The notes under the pieces were generated by a model. That model was not told the origin of the DNA and made no database searches. It worked only from the letters and a program-made list of their open reading frames with translations. This document shows positions 15,850 to 24,000 of a DNA stretch of 24,000 nt, piece by piece. A program made the position numbers and the translations under genes. Source of the DNA: an uncultured archaeon (GTDB lineage: Archaea; Nanobdellota; Nanobdellia; Pacearchaeales; GW2011-AR1); contig CAWJRC010000004.1 of assembly GCA_963845205.1 (NCBI GenBank), forward strand, positions 37,628 to 61,627, in the 5' to 3' direction. Positions within the stretch are counted from its first letter, which is position 1, and each line of letters begins with the position of its first letter.

Positions 15850-16323
15850 TTATGGAGAAATGTTAAAGTCGCTTTCGCCGTCTAATTGATAATCATAGTT
15901 AGGTCCGTATGGCTTGTCGTACCATAACATCCTGTAATTTCCGTCCCCGCCATTAGGGCTATCCTTAAGATACTGCATCATATCTATACTTCTGCTTACA
16001 GTTTCCCATCCACTATTATTTGGTTCAGTAAACTCTCTTGAACATACAAGTCCTCCAGGACCATATATTACATATTCCATTTCTTCTCCTGCGAACCAAT
16101 TAGGATCATGTCCTACAAGAAGTATATTTTCATAATCTTTAAAATAATTTTTCATTCCGTTAAAAGATTCAGGATAATAAAGAAAGTTGTTTGCGTAAAA
16201 AGTTTCAGAATTGCACTCAAAGAAAATTCTGCCGGGGTCGTAAGCAGCATTAGTTGTTCCCATAGCACCTAAAGACAAAGCAGCAGCCAATCCTAAAGCG
16301 CCAACACTTTTTTTCATGTTCAT
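15850..16323 (-). CDS. Orphan secreted protein with signal peptide
   Basis: 157 aa; MNMKKSVGALGLAAALSLGAMGTTNAAYDPG typical signal peptide and cleavage region; aromatic-rich mature part of unknown family. Confidence 0.7.
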   Translation of the reverse strand: MNMKKSVGALGLAAALSLGAMGTTNAAYDPGRIFFECNSETFYANNFLYYPESFNGMKNYFKDYENILLVGHDPNWFAGEEMEYVIYGPGGLVCSREFTEPNNSGWETVSRSIDMMQYLKDSPNGGDGNYRMLWYDKPYGPNYDYQLDGESDFNISP

Positions 16324-16382
16324 AATAAAATATCGTAAAATATCATTTATAAGCTTTTATGTATAATAAAAGATATTTTGAA

Positions 16383-17129
16383 TTACACTTCAATCTTGGA
16401 GAATAAATAACTTCCAATAACAGTTATCAGTACAGCCAATATTGCCAGAACAGAAAAGTCAAGCAATAAATTCATCTGGCTTACTCCTGTAAGAGCTGTT
16501 CTTAATCCCTCTACTCCGTAATATAAGGGGTTTATTTTTATAACAACCTGAATCGCATTTGGAAGCGTGTCAATTGGAAATAATGCTCCTGACAAAAAGA
16601 AAATCGGCATTACCAGAAAGTTCATTATTAACTGAAATCCCTGCATATCTTCCAATCTTGAAGCAATTGCGGTTCCCAAAGCAGCAAAAAGCACTGCAAT
16701 CAAAAACATAAAAATTAATGCAAAAGGCACCATTAGGAAATTCTGCGGCCTGAATCCGATAAGAATAGCAACTAAGAAAACTATTATTCCCTGCAACGAT
16801 GCCACAGTAGCCCCGCCCAATGTTCTTCCAAGCATTATCCTGTATCTGGAAACAGGGGCGACTAATGTTTCTTTAAGGAATCCAAACTGCCTATCCCATA
16901 TAACCTGAATTCCCATAAACATAGAAGAGAAAAGTATTGTCATTCCGATAATCCCTGGAGCTAGGAATTGTATGTAATTTCCTCCTCCTGCCTTTTCAAA
17001 TATCGGGCCAAAACCAAATCCCAATGCAACTAAAAATAAAAGCGGCTGCGCCAATGAACCAATGACTCTTGCTTTTGATCTAGTGAATCTTTTGAGTTCC
17101 CTTAGCCACATGATATAAATTGTGCCCAT
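16383..17129 (-). CDS. ABC-2 type permease (DrrB-like)
   Basis: 248 aa; MWLRELKRFTRSKARVIGSLAQPLLFLVALGFGFG, FLKETLVAPVSRYRIMLGRTLGG, MNFLVMPIFFLSGALFPIDTLP. Confidence 0.9.
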   Translation of the reverse strand: MGTIYIMWLRELKRFTRSKARVIGSLAQPLLFLVALGFGFGPIFEKAGGGNYIQFLAPGIIGMTILFSSMFMGIQVIWDRQFGFLKETLVAPVSRYRIMLGRTLGGATVASLQGIIVFLVAILIGFRPQNFLMVPFALIFMFLIAVLFAALGTAIASRLEDMQGFQLIMNFLVMPIFFLSGALFPIDTLPNAIQVVIKINPLYYGVEGLRTALTGVSQMNLLLDFSVLAILAVLITVIGSYLFSKIEV

Positions 17130-17935
17130 TATCTCCCCCTATGCATCATTCCTCGATGCATTCTCATTCTATCTTTTGGAGAACCAGTCTCTTCCCTTAA
17201 TTGATGCCCTGTCAGCTTGAGAAAGGCTTCTTCAAGAGAATCAGTTTTTGTATCTTTCTTTAACTTGTCGGAGGAACCGATTTCTATTATTTTCCCATGG
17301 TCTATTACCGCAATATTGTCTGCAACTTTTTCTGCCTCTTCCATGTAATGCGTCGTAAGAAAGACAGTCATTTTTTCTTTTTTATTCATTTCTTTAATGT
17401 ATGTCCAGAGAAAATTTCTTGTCTGAGGATCAAGCCCGAGCGAAGGTTCGTCAAGGAAAAGAATTTTTGGATGGTGGATCAACCCTCTTGCGATTTCAAG
17501 CCTTCTTCTCATACCCCCTGAAAAATTTTTCACCAGCTCATCTTTCCTATCCCACAATTCTACCAATTTTAATAATTCTTCAATTCTCCCTTTGCTTACC
17601 TTTGGTTTGATATTATAAAGCACGGCATGAAACTCCATGTTTTCATAAGCTGTTAACTCATCATCAACGCTCGGGTCCTGAAAAACAATTCCAAAAGAAT
17701 GCCTTACCTTATTCTGCTGGGAAGCAGGAGAGAAACCATTAACCTTTACATCCCCCGAAGTGGCATCAAGAAGAGTTGTGAGTATCTTTATTGTTGTTGT
17801 CTTTCCTGCCCCGTTCGGGCCAAGAAATGCAAAGATCTCTCCTTCTTTAACATTGAAAGAGATATTATCTACGGCTATAAAATCCCTGAACTTTTTCACC
17901 AGATTTTTTACTTCTATTATATTCCCCTTTTCCAC
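17129..17935 (-). CDS. ABC transporter ATP-binding protein (DrrA-like)
   Basis: 268 aa; Walker A GPNGAGKTT, signature FSGGMRRRLEIARG, Walker B ILFLDEPSLGLDPQTR; 1-nt overlap with the permease. Confidence 0.94.
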   Translation of the reverse strand: MEKGNIIEVKNLVKKFRDFIAVDNISFNVKEGEIFAFLGPNGAGKTTTIKILTTLLDATSGDVKVNGFSPASQQNKVRHSFGIVFQDPSVDDELTAYENMEFHAVLYNIKPKVSKGRIEELLKLVELWDRKDELVKNFSGGMRRRLEIARGLIHHPKILFLDEPSLGLDPQTRNFLWTYIKEMNKKEKMTVFLTTHYMEEAEKVADNIAVIDHGKIIEIGSSDKLKKDTKTDSLEEAFLKLTGHQLREETGSPKDRMRMHRGMMHRGR

Positions 17936-17990
17936 AATTTAAAAAAAAGTTTTAAGATTTATAAATCTAATCCCATTATATCTTTGGAAT

Positions 17991-18062
17991 GCTCCTATAG
18001 TTTAACGGATAGAATGCGGGTTTGCGGAACCTGTGACCGAGGTTCAATTCCTCGTGGGAGCG
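17991..18062 (+). tRNA. tRNA-Arg (anticodon GCG)
   Basis: Acceptor GCTCCTA/TGGGAGC; anticodon stem CGGGT/ACCTG with loop TTGCGGA; T arm CGAGG-TTCAATT-CCTCG; discriminator G. Confidence 0.9.
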
Positions 18063-18105
18063 CTAAAGTTAATATTTAAAAACTTAAAAGTTTATTTTAT
18101 CATCA

Positions 18106-18276
18106 ATGGCATATAAAAAAGACAGAAATGCTGGAGCACTCTTTATTCCCGCAGGGCTTTTAATAGGAATCGGAATTGGTTTTTTAGCCTATAATATACC
18201 AGCAGGAACATTGATAGGGTTGGGATGCGGATTTCTTTTGTTTGCAATATTCAGTTTATTCAATAAAAAAAAATAA
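18106..18276 (+). CDS. Small membrane protein (56 aa)
   Basis: Manually translated: MAYKKDRNAGALFIPAGLLIGIGIGFLAYNIPAGTLIGLGCGFLLFAIFSLFNKKK; two TM helices, not listed in the ORF track. Confidence 0.65.
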   Translation: MAYKKDRNAGALFIPAGLLIGIGIGFLAYNIPAGTLIGLGCGFLLFAIFSLFNKKK

Positions 18277-18315
18277 TTTGAAAAAGTTTATAATATTGAT
18301 TATTTCTCTCTCCTG

Positions 18316-18732
18316 ATGGCCGGGAATTTAGAAAATAAGCTGAAAGAAAAGAATGGATTAAAAAGATTTTTAAGAAAAACCCTGATAACAGGTTTTGCTT
18401 ACATAACATTACTTTCATCTGCTTCTTCTCTCAAGTATATAGAAAGGCAGATAGAACTTCCATATATTTTAAATGGCAAGAGAGGTAATCTATATTACCC
18501 CCTACCTCATGAAAAAAGTTATTCTTCCGCTTCTTTACCCCTCGGGATAGTCGAACATAATTTAAATGAGCTGCATACAAAAAATAAAAAATACAAAGTT
18601 AACATATATAATGATTGTTTTCGTGGAATATCCCGGGAAAAAGTATTCATAATATTTATCATAATCAATAGTCCATCTGACAACTTCTTTTTTTGGCTTG
18701 TTTTCCATAATTTTCCTGAACAATCTTATTGA
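18316..18732 (+). CDS. Hypothetical protein, 3' part doubtful
   Basis: 138-aa ORF with a TATA-like element (TTTATAAT 18287-18294) ~25 nt upstream of its ATG; the last ~57 codons overlap the opposite-strand phosphatase. Confidence 0.4.
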   Translation: MAGNLENKLKEKNGLKRFLRKTLITGFAYITLLSSASSLKYIERQIELPYILNGKRGNLYYPLPHEKSYSSASLPLGIVEHNLNELHTKNKKYKVNIYNDCFRGISREKVFIIFIIINSPSDNFFFWLVFHNFPEQSY

Positions 18733-19206
18733 GTTCCCTGATGCAGAAATTGCAACATTTACTTTCTCTTTTCTGACAATTTTCTTTAGATCTTTTATGA
18801 AACTTTTTACTCTCTTTTCCACATCTGCAAAAGATTCGCCGTGCGGAGGCCTGATGTCATATCCTCTGTGGATTAAATTATATTTTTCTTCTCCAAATTT
18901 TTTTATAAATTCTTTGTGAGAAGTTCCGTCAAGATCTCCGTAATCTTTCTCTATCATTCTTTTGTCGCTGATTATTTTTCTGCATTCCGGATGATATTTC
19001 AAAACTTCCTTTAATGTCTGCTTAGATCTTCCGAGAGTATTATCAAAAGCTATGCCAATTCTTTTATCTTTAAGCTCGCGAGCTACTTTGCGCGCCTGTT
19101 TTATTCCAAGAGGAGTAAGTTTTGATTCTTTCCATCCGGTAAATATGCCTTTCCTGTTAAAATAAGTCTGTCCGTGCCTGAACACGTAAATGTGATGCTT
19201 TTCCAT
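18562..19206 (-). CDS. Histidine phosphatase / phosphoglycerate mutase-like protein
   Basis: 214 aa; VFRHGQTYFNRKGIFTGWKESKLTPLGIKQA, DKRMIEKDYGDLDGTSH, RPPHGESFADVEKRV, ISASGNSIR. Confidence 0.88.
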   Translation of the reverse strand: MEKHHIYVFRHGQTYFNRKGIFTGWKESKLTPLGIKQARKVARELKDKRIGIAFDNTLGRSKQTLKEVLKYHPECRKIISDKRMIEKDYGDLDGTSHKEFIKKFGEEKYNLIHRGYDIRPPHGESFADVEKRVKSFIKDLKKIVRKEKVNVAISASGNSIRLFRKIMENKPKKEVVRWTIDYDKYYEYFFPGYSTKTIIIYVNFVFFIFCMQLI

Positions 19207-19294
19207 TTGACCTCTTTCATAAAGTAATTAATTATCATGATTTATATTTTTTGTTCTATAAATCTTTATAAGGCAATTTTCTATTCGTATTCTA

Positions 19295-19633
19295 ATGGCT
19301 GATAAACTCGAGAAATTAGTATTTTCTTTAGACGAAAAATGGAAAAGGTTTGCCGATGAAAGCCCGTGGGCTGCCTGCATTTTAGAAACTGCAAAGAATT
19401 CTGAGGGTCAGGAATTTATCAGAAAAAGAGGGACTAATGTTGCTTACAAAAAAGTTGGCAGAGATTACAGATGTGTTCAATGTGACTCCGAAATAATGGG
19501 AGGAACAGTTGCTCATTCAATATGGAATTTTCCATTGTCAGGTTCTGGCGAATGCCATTATGAAACTGTTCCATACTGTCCAAAATGTGAGGAGAAACCT
19601 AATTTCAGTGGAGAACCGATCTGTTGCTATTAA
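19295..19633 (+). CDS. Hypothetical zinc-ribbon-like protein
   Basis: 112 aa; CVQCDSE...GECHYETVPYCPKCEEKPNFSGEPICCY with paired CxxC motifs. Confidence 0.7.
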   Translation: MADKLEKLVFSLDEKWKRFADESPWAACILETAKNSEGQEFIRKRGTNVAYKKVGRDYRCVQCDSEIMGGTVAHSIWNFPLSGSGECHYETVPYCPKCEEKPNFSGEPICCY

Positions 19634-19639
19634 AAATTT

Positions 19640-19945
19640 TTAACTTAATCCGCTAGAATCACTGACATTAGCGTCATATGTTACTGCTGCGTCATTTGTT
19701 TCTGAAGTTGCAGCATTAGAAGACAATGCGCTAAGAGTATCAGAAGTAGATGCTGTTCCTGCATTTGATGTTCCGTTAGATCCTGAGGCTCCTGTATTAT
19801 TTGGCGCCGGTATCATCGGATTTCCTGTTGTTCCTGTATTTGTTCCGGCAGGGCTTGTCTGCTGCCATGACAGCATTAAGAATATTATAACTCCAAGAAG
19901 AACTACGATAGCTGCAATTATTGCGATTAAAATTCCTTTTTTCAT
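19640..19945 (-). CDS. Short membrane-anchored Thr/Asn/Ser-rich protein
   Basis: 101 aa; N-terminal TM (GILIAIIAAIVVLLGVIIFLML) then low-complexity TSPAGTNTGTTGNPMIPAPNNTGASG...; 4-nt overlap with the upstream gene. Confidence 0.6.
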   Translation of the reverse strand: MKKGILIAIIAAIVVLLGVIIFLMLSWQQTSPAGTNTGTTGNPMIPAPNNTGASGSNGTSNAGTASTSDTLSALSSNAATSETNDAAVTYDANVSDSSGLS

Positions 19946-20973
19946 TGGGCGGTTGTATTCGTAGCTGTATTATTTAAATTAGGATTTGGTTTTGCACTTA
20001 GAATTGATCTTATAAGATTATAAGCTACGTTTATATCATTCCATAACTGCGTGTTTTGAGCGCTTGTATATGCATTTGTTCCGACCTGAGCAAGCACACT
20101 GCTTGCGTCAGTTACGTCTGCCTGCAGCTGGGTTACTTGAGCCTCTTTGTCCTGCGAGATATTATTAGAATTTGAATTTATTTTATCAACTGCTATCTGC
20201 AATTTTGCGACTTCAAATTTGGCAGCAAGATGGAAGTTTATCCCGTTAGCGCATCCATCGAAAAGGCAATATCCGCTAATAACCTGCTTTAGCGAAGCAG
20301 AATCATTTGCAGAATTAGTTGCGTTCTGGAATGGCGTGATAAGCTGCGTTGTTGCAGCTGAAATTACCTGATTTAATGAAGAGACATCGATTCCTTTTGC
20401 TGAAAGGCTGTTTATCTGGTTCTGATAAGAACTAAGTTCATTTTCAAAAGAGGCTACTCTTGCATTTGCGAGAGCGACTAATGAACTCATGTAACAGGTA
20501 TCATAACTTGTCTTTAGCTGATTATACTGTGAAAGCAAGTTTGATCTTTGACTCGGAGTAAGACCCCGGACATTTGCAGTTCTCCAGTTTGATATAGAAC
20601 TTTTTATCATTGAATGATCTGATTCAAAATTATTCTGAACATATTGCCTTAAAGAATTCCTGTCGCCTGAATTGGCATAAGTTTGTATCTGACCTAAATC
20701 GCCCTGCAATTTTGCCAAAGAAAAGTTTAGTGAATTGGAATAGTTGGATGAACCAGAGGAGTATGGGCCGGGATAGCTTGATAAATTCGAAGGGGTAAAT
20801 GAATTCATTGAGCCTATAACCCCCGAATAAAAATCAGTTGCGCATTTAACGCTGCTGTAAAACTGCTGAAGTTCGGCTGTATCGTTTACATTTGCTGAAT
20901 TACTCTGAGCAACAGCCAGTGTTATCAAAAACATGCCAAGAAAAAATATCAATAGAAAATTTTTCATCCTCAT
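19942..20973 (-). CDS. Secreted/surface helical protein with signal peptide, unknown function
   Basis: 343 aa; MKNFLLIFFLGMFLITLAVAQS signal, long Ser/Asn/Gln-rich helical segments, four Cys in the mature region. Confidence 0.65.
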   Translation of the reverse strand: MRMKNFLLIFFLGMFLITLAVAQSNSANVNDTAELQQFYSSVKCATDFYSGVIGSMNSFTPSNLSSYPGPYSSGSSNYSNSLNFSLAKLQGDLGQIQTYANSGDRNSLRQYVQNNFESDHSMIKSSISNWRTANVRGLTPSQRSNLLSQYNQLKTSYDTCYMSSLVALANARVASFENELSSYQNQINSLSAKGIDVSSLNQVISAATTQLITPFQNATNSANDSASLKQVISGYCLFDGCANGINFHLAAKFEVAKLQIAVDKINSNSNNISQDKEAQVTQLQADVTDASSVLAQVGTNAYTSAQNTQLWNDINVAYNLIRSILSAKPNPNLNNTATNTTAQ

Positions 20974-21051
20974 TTTTATTAAACTAAAAGAGTCTGATGA
21001 TATTTATAAATTTTCCCCAAGATTTAATAATATACATTGATTATTTTTTTT

Positions 21052-22236
21052 ATGGAAAAGAGGGTGCTAGGTGTAAACAGAGATATCTTTCTTTTAGGTG
21101 TTGTAAGTTTTTTTACTGATATCAGCTCTGAAGCAGTTTTTTCCATATTCTCTGTATTTTTTACTGTAATACTCGGCGCTTCTGTCGCGCTTTTAGGGAT
21201 AGTTGAAGGTCTGTCTGATTTTGCTTCATCTTCCCTCGATTATATTGCAGGATTACTTTCTGACATTTCAGGAAAAAGAAAAATTTATGCGGTAATGGGC
21301 TACGCATTTTCAACTGTAGCAAAAAGCATCCTTCTTTTTATGAGCGTATTCAGCGCAGCAGTATTCAGGGTCATTGAAAGATTTGGAAAATCATTCAGAG
21401 GACCTCCTCGCGACGCATGGATAGGCTCGCTAGCAAAAAAATCAGAAAGAGGATATTCATTCGGTTTTCATAATGCGATGGACAAGGCAGGAGCTGTTGT
21501 CGGTCCGCTGATGGCTTATTTTACTTTATTGCTGCTAGGACAGAGCATTAATACATTCAAAATTCTTTTTATAATAATATTAATTCCCGCTGCTCTTTCT
21601 GTCGTCATTCTTTTATTCATCAAGGACAAACCTTCAAAGCCAGTAAAAAGGGAACCTATGATTAAATCTTTCAAAGAGATGAAGGGGGAATTCAAGCATT
21701 ATTTAGGTGCAGCAGGAATCTTTTCACTTGCATATTTCAGCTTCAGTTTTCTTCTGCTAAAAGCATACACTGTAGGGTTTGCGATAAAAGATGTCGTGCT
21801 TCTTTATGTTCTGTTTAATCTTTCATGTGTGATAGTATCAACTCCTGTTGGAAAATTAGGAGATATAATCGGAAGGAAGAAAGTAATCACCCTTGAGTAC
21901 ATAATTTATTTTGTAATGTCTTTGGGATTTATTTTTGCTTCATCAAAGATCGCGATAATTTTCATGTTCATCTTATTTGGAATATTCTTTGCGATTGACG
22001 AAGCGCAGAGCAAGGCATACATAACAGACATGGAAAAGCCAAGAAGAGGGACAGCCATAGGAATTTACAATCTGTTTACAGGAATAATTTATCTTCCTGC
22101 ATCTGTAATCGCAGGAATATTGTGGGGAATAAATCCAAACTATTCATTTGAATTTGCTGCGGTTATATCTCTTATCGCGCTCATATTTTTTGTTGTCAGA
22201 AAAAAAGAAATGAAAGGAGGTGAAAAAAGAAGATGA
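21052..22236 (+). CDS. Major facilitator superfamily transporter
   Basis: ~394 aa from ATG 21052; 10-12 TM, RGPPRDAWIGSLAKKSERGYSFGFHNAMDKAGAVVGPL and DKPSKP loop. Confidence 0.88.
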   Translation: MEKRVLGVNRDIFLLGVVSFFTDISSEAVFSIFSVFFTVILGASVALLGIVEGLSDFASSSLDYIAGLLSDISGKRKIYAVMGYAFSTVAKSILLFMSVFSAAVFRVIERFGKSFRGPPRDAWIGSLAKKSERGYSFGFHNAMDKAGAVVGPLMAYFTLLLLGQSINTFKILFIIILIPAALSVVILLFIKDKPSKPVKREPMIKSFKEMKGEFKHYLGAAGIFSLAYFSFSFLLLKAYTVGFAIKDVVLLYVLFNLSCVIVSTPVGKLGDIIGRKKVITLEYIIYFVMSLGFIFASSKIAIIFMFILFGIFFAIDEAQSKAYITDMEKPRRGTAIGIYNLFTGIIYLPASVIAGILWGINPNYSFEFAAVISLIALIFFVVRKKEMKGGEKRR

Positions 22237-22604
22237 CACCAATAGAAATTCTTGCATTAATCGTTGCAATTTTCAGTATTTTGGACGCTATTATCGGTCT
22301 TGCAAAGCCGAAAATAATGTTTTCTATGATAAGCAAGGGTCTCAAAAGCAATTATGGATGGATTATACCTACTGTAATCTTTGCAGGCTTTTTAGTCTTT
22401 GGATATTTTACAACTCAGCAACTGACACTAATCCAGATTATTCCCGGCTTATTTTTAGGAGTTCTTATTGCAAAGACAGAAATTACAATGCATCCAAAAG
22501 AAGTTTTGCCTCTTGCAAAACAAATTTACACAAAAACGGAATGGTTTGCGATAGCGCTTGACATAGTACTTGCAGGATCTGTTTTCTGGATATTATTTGC
22601 ATAA
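22233..22604 (+). CDS. Small multi-TM membrane protein co-transcribed with the MFS gene
   Basis: 123 aa; hydrophobic segments, 4-nt overlap with the MFS stop. Confidence 0.65.
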   Translation: MTPIEILALIVAIFSILDAIIGLAKPKIMFSMISKGLKSNYGWIIPTVIFAGFLVFGYFTTQQLTLIQIIPGLFLGVLIAKTEITMHPKEVLPLAKQIYTKTEWFAIALDIVLAGSVFWILFA

Positions 22605-22675
22605 GAACATTTTATTTTATTTTTTTATTTGCAAATATTTATATTATTAAAAATCTATAAAAAACCTGACAGAAA

Positions 22676-23653
22676 ATGAACACTGTTGAAATAAAGGGGC
22701 TGACGAAAAAATTTGGCAAATTTACTGCAGTCGACGGCATAAGCCTTGAAGTCAAAGAAGGGGAAATATTCGGGCTACTGGGGCCAAACGGGGCAGGAAA
22801 GACAACAACGCTGATGATGCTTTCAACTTTGATTCCTATTACTTCCGGCACTGCAACTGTAAACGGATTTAATGTGCACGAGCATCCGGACAAAGTCAGG
22901 GATTCTATAGGAATGGTTTTTCAGGATCCGAGTTCTGATGATATTCTTACAGGATATGAAAATCTCAAGCTTCATGCTCTGATGTACAATGTTCCGATGA
23001 AGGATATTAATCCGAGAATAAAAAGCGCACTTGAGTTAGTTGAATTGACAGACAGAAAAAATGACCTTGTCAGAAAATATTCGGGAGGAATGAGGAGAAG
23101 ACTTGAAATCGCAAGGGGGCTTCTGCACAATCCAAAAATTTTATTTCTTGACGAGCCAACTCTCGGGCTTGATCCTCAGACAAGAGAGCATATCTGGAAT
23201 TATATCAAGATTCTCGCAAAAAAGATCAAGATGACAATAATAGTGACAACGCATTACATGGAAGAGGCAGAATGGCTGTGCGACAGGGTCGCGATAATAG
23301 ACCACGGAAAAATAATGGCTCTGAATACACCGAAGTTTCTCAAGGATGAAATAGGCGGGGACATTGTAAATCTTCAGGGAAAAATAAATACAGAAGAACT
23401 TGGCAAACTTCCTTTTGTCAAAACAGTTGAAAGAGAAGACCATACTGTAACCCTGGCAGTAAAAGATGCAGGAAAAAATCTTCAGAAAATCCTGAAAGTT
23501 GCGGGAAAAGTTGATTATGCTGAAGTTCACACTCCAACATTGAATGATGTATTTTTGCATTATACTGGAAAAGGCATAAGGGAGGCAGAAGGCGACGAGA
23601 TGGACTTGCTGAGAAGCAGAATCAACGCAAACTCGAACAACAACGAAGAATGA
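22676..23653 (+). CDS. ABC transporter ATP-binding protein (DrrA-like)
   Basis: 325 aa; GPNGAGKTTTLMMLSTLIP, YSGGMRRRLEIARGLLHNPKILFLDEPTLGLDPQTREHIWNYIKIL. Confidence 0.95.
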   Translation: MNTVEIKGLTKKFGKFTAVDGISLEVKEGEIFGLLGPNGAGKTTTLMMLSTLIPITSGTATVNGFNVHEHPDKVRDSIGMVFQDPSSDDILTGYENLKLHALMYNVPMKDINPRIKSALELVELTDRKNDLVRKYSGGMRRRLEIARGLLHNPKILFLDEPTLGLDPQTREHIWNYIKILAKKIKMTIIVTTHYMEEAEWLCDRVAIIDHGKIMALNTPKFLKDEIGGDIVNLQGKINTEELGKLPFVKTVEREDHTVTLAVKDAGKNLQKILKVAGKVDYAEVHTPTLNDVFLHYTGKGIREAEGDEMDLLRSRINANSNNNEE

Positions 23654-24000
23654 ACATTAAAAAAACAGTAAAGGGGGTTTATGCAATATGGTACAGGGAG
23701 TTCAAAGTTTTCCTGAGAGAGAAATCGAGAATTGTATCCTCTATCTTTACGCCGCTGCTGTGGCTTTTTGTCTTCGGAGTGGGAATAGGATCTATAACAA
23801 GCAACACAGCGCAGTACCAGCATTTTATTTTTCCCGGATTTATTGTGATGGCGATAGTATTCAACGCGCTTTTTTACGGGGTGTATGTCGTATGGGACAA
23901 GAGGATTGATTTTCTCAAAGAAGTTCTTATTACCCCGCTTTCAAGAACAACGATTTTTACAGGAAAAGTTATCGGGGGGATCACTGATTCTTTTTTACAG
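23650..24000 (+). CDS. ABC-2 type permease (DrrB-like), 3' truncated by window
   Basis: Manually translated from ATG 23650 (ATGA overlap): MNIKKTVKGVYAIWYREFKVFLREKSRIVSSIFTPLLWLFVFGVGIG...FPGFIVMAIVFNALFYGVYVVWDKRIDFLKEVLITPLSRTTIFTGKVIGG. Confidence 0.92.
   Translation, partial: MNIKKTVKGVYAIWYREFKVFLREKSRIVSSIFTPLLWLFVFGVGIGSITSNTAQYQHFIFPGFIVMAIVFNALFYGVYVVWDKRIDFLKEVLITPLSRTTIFTGKVIGGITDSFLQ

Noticed and set aside
16383-17935. Antibiotic resistance (daunorubicin-type) function for the Drr-like ABC systems
   Set aside because: The family name alone does not establish substrate; no supporting resistance or biosynthetic context.
17699-18079. 126-aa + strand ORF
   Set aside because: Antisense to the ABC ATPase and reads through the promoter region and the tRNA-Arg; no protein-like features.
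23141-23864. Minus-strand ORFs (139, 87 and 61 aa) at the right edge, and the + strand 73-aa ORF at 23688
   Set aside because: Overlap the strongly supported ABC ATPase and truncated permease reading frames.
1-24000. CRISPR arrays, transposases/integrases, terminal inverted repeats, provirus or secondary-metabolite systems
   Set aside because: Scanned by eye for regularly spaced repeats and hallmark proteins; only the two-copy 14-mer at 4433-4469 was found, far too few copies and too short a spacer for a CRISPR.

Overview
This 24 kb window is a gene-dense archaeal chromosome segment. The archaeal calls rest on the rpoE'(Rpb7)/Spt4/eS24/eS31 cluster, a PIN-Fcf1-like neighbour, TATA-type promoters and ScpA without an adjacent ScpB. 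A DPANN lineage such as Woese-/Pacearchaeota is likely, by inference only. Recognisable genes are hisS, a minimal MGMT-like protein, a class-I glutamine amidotransferase overlapping dph6, scpA, rpoE'/spt4/rps24e/rps27ae, two PIN-domain proteins, a SIMPL protein, DUF4389, FKBP, a DedA/VTT protein, an isochorismatase-like hydrolase, uppP, a PAP2-superfamily enzyme, a full-length disA, a metallophosphoesterase, a VIT1/CCC1 transporter, two Drr-type ABC systems, a histidine phosphatase and an MFS transporter. Three tRNAs are readable: Ala-CGC, Trp-CCA and Arg-GCG. No CRISPR array, transposon, provirus or obvious large accessory system was seen. The most interesting signals are: (1) a probable undescribed structured ncRNA at ~4580-4726 with its own TATA promoter and a closing helix pairing a 16S anti-SD-like sequence (ATCACCTCT) with an SD-like one (AGAGGTGAT); (2) a glutaminase/Dph6 gene pair; (3) a bacterial-type DisA with an intact cyclase site and a degenerate HhH tip; (4) a HTH-like/PIN gene pair; (5) twin 14-bp direct repeats immediately upstream of the scpA promoter.
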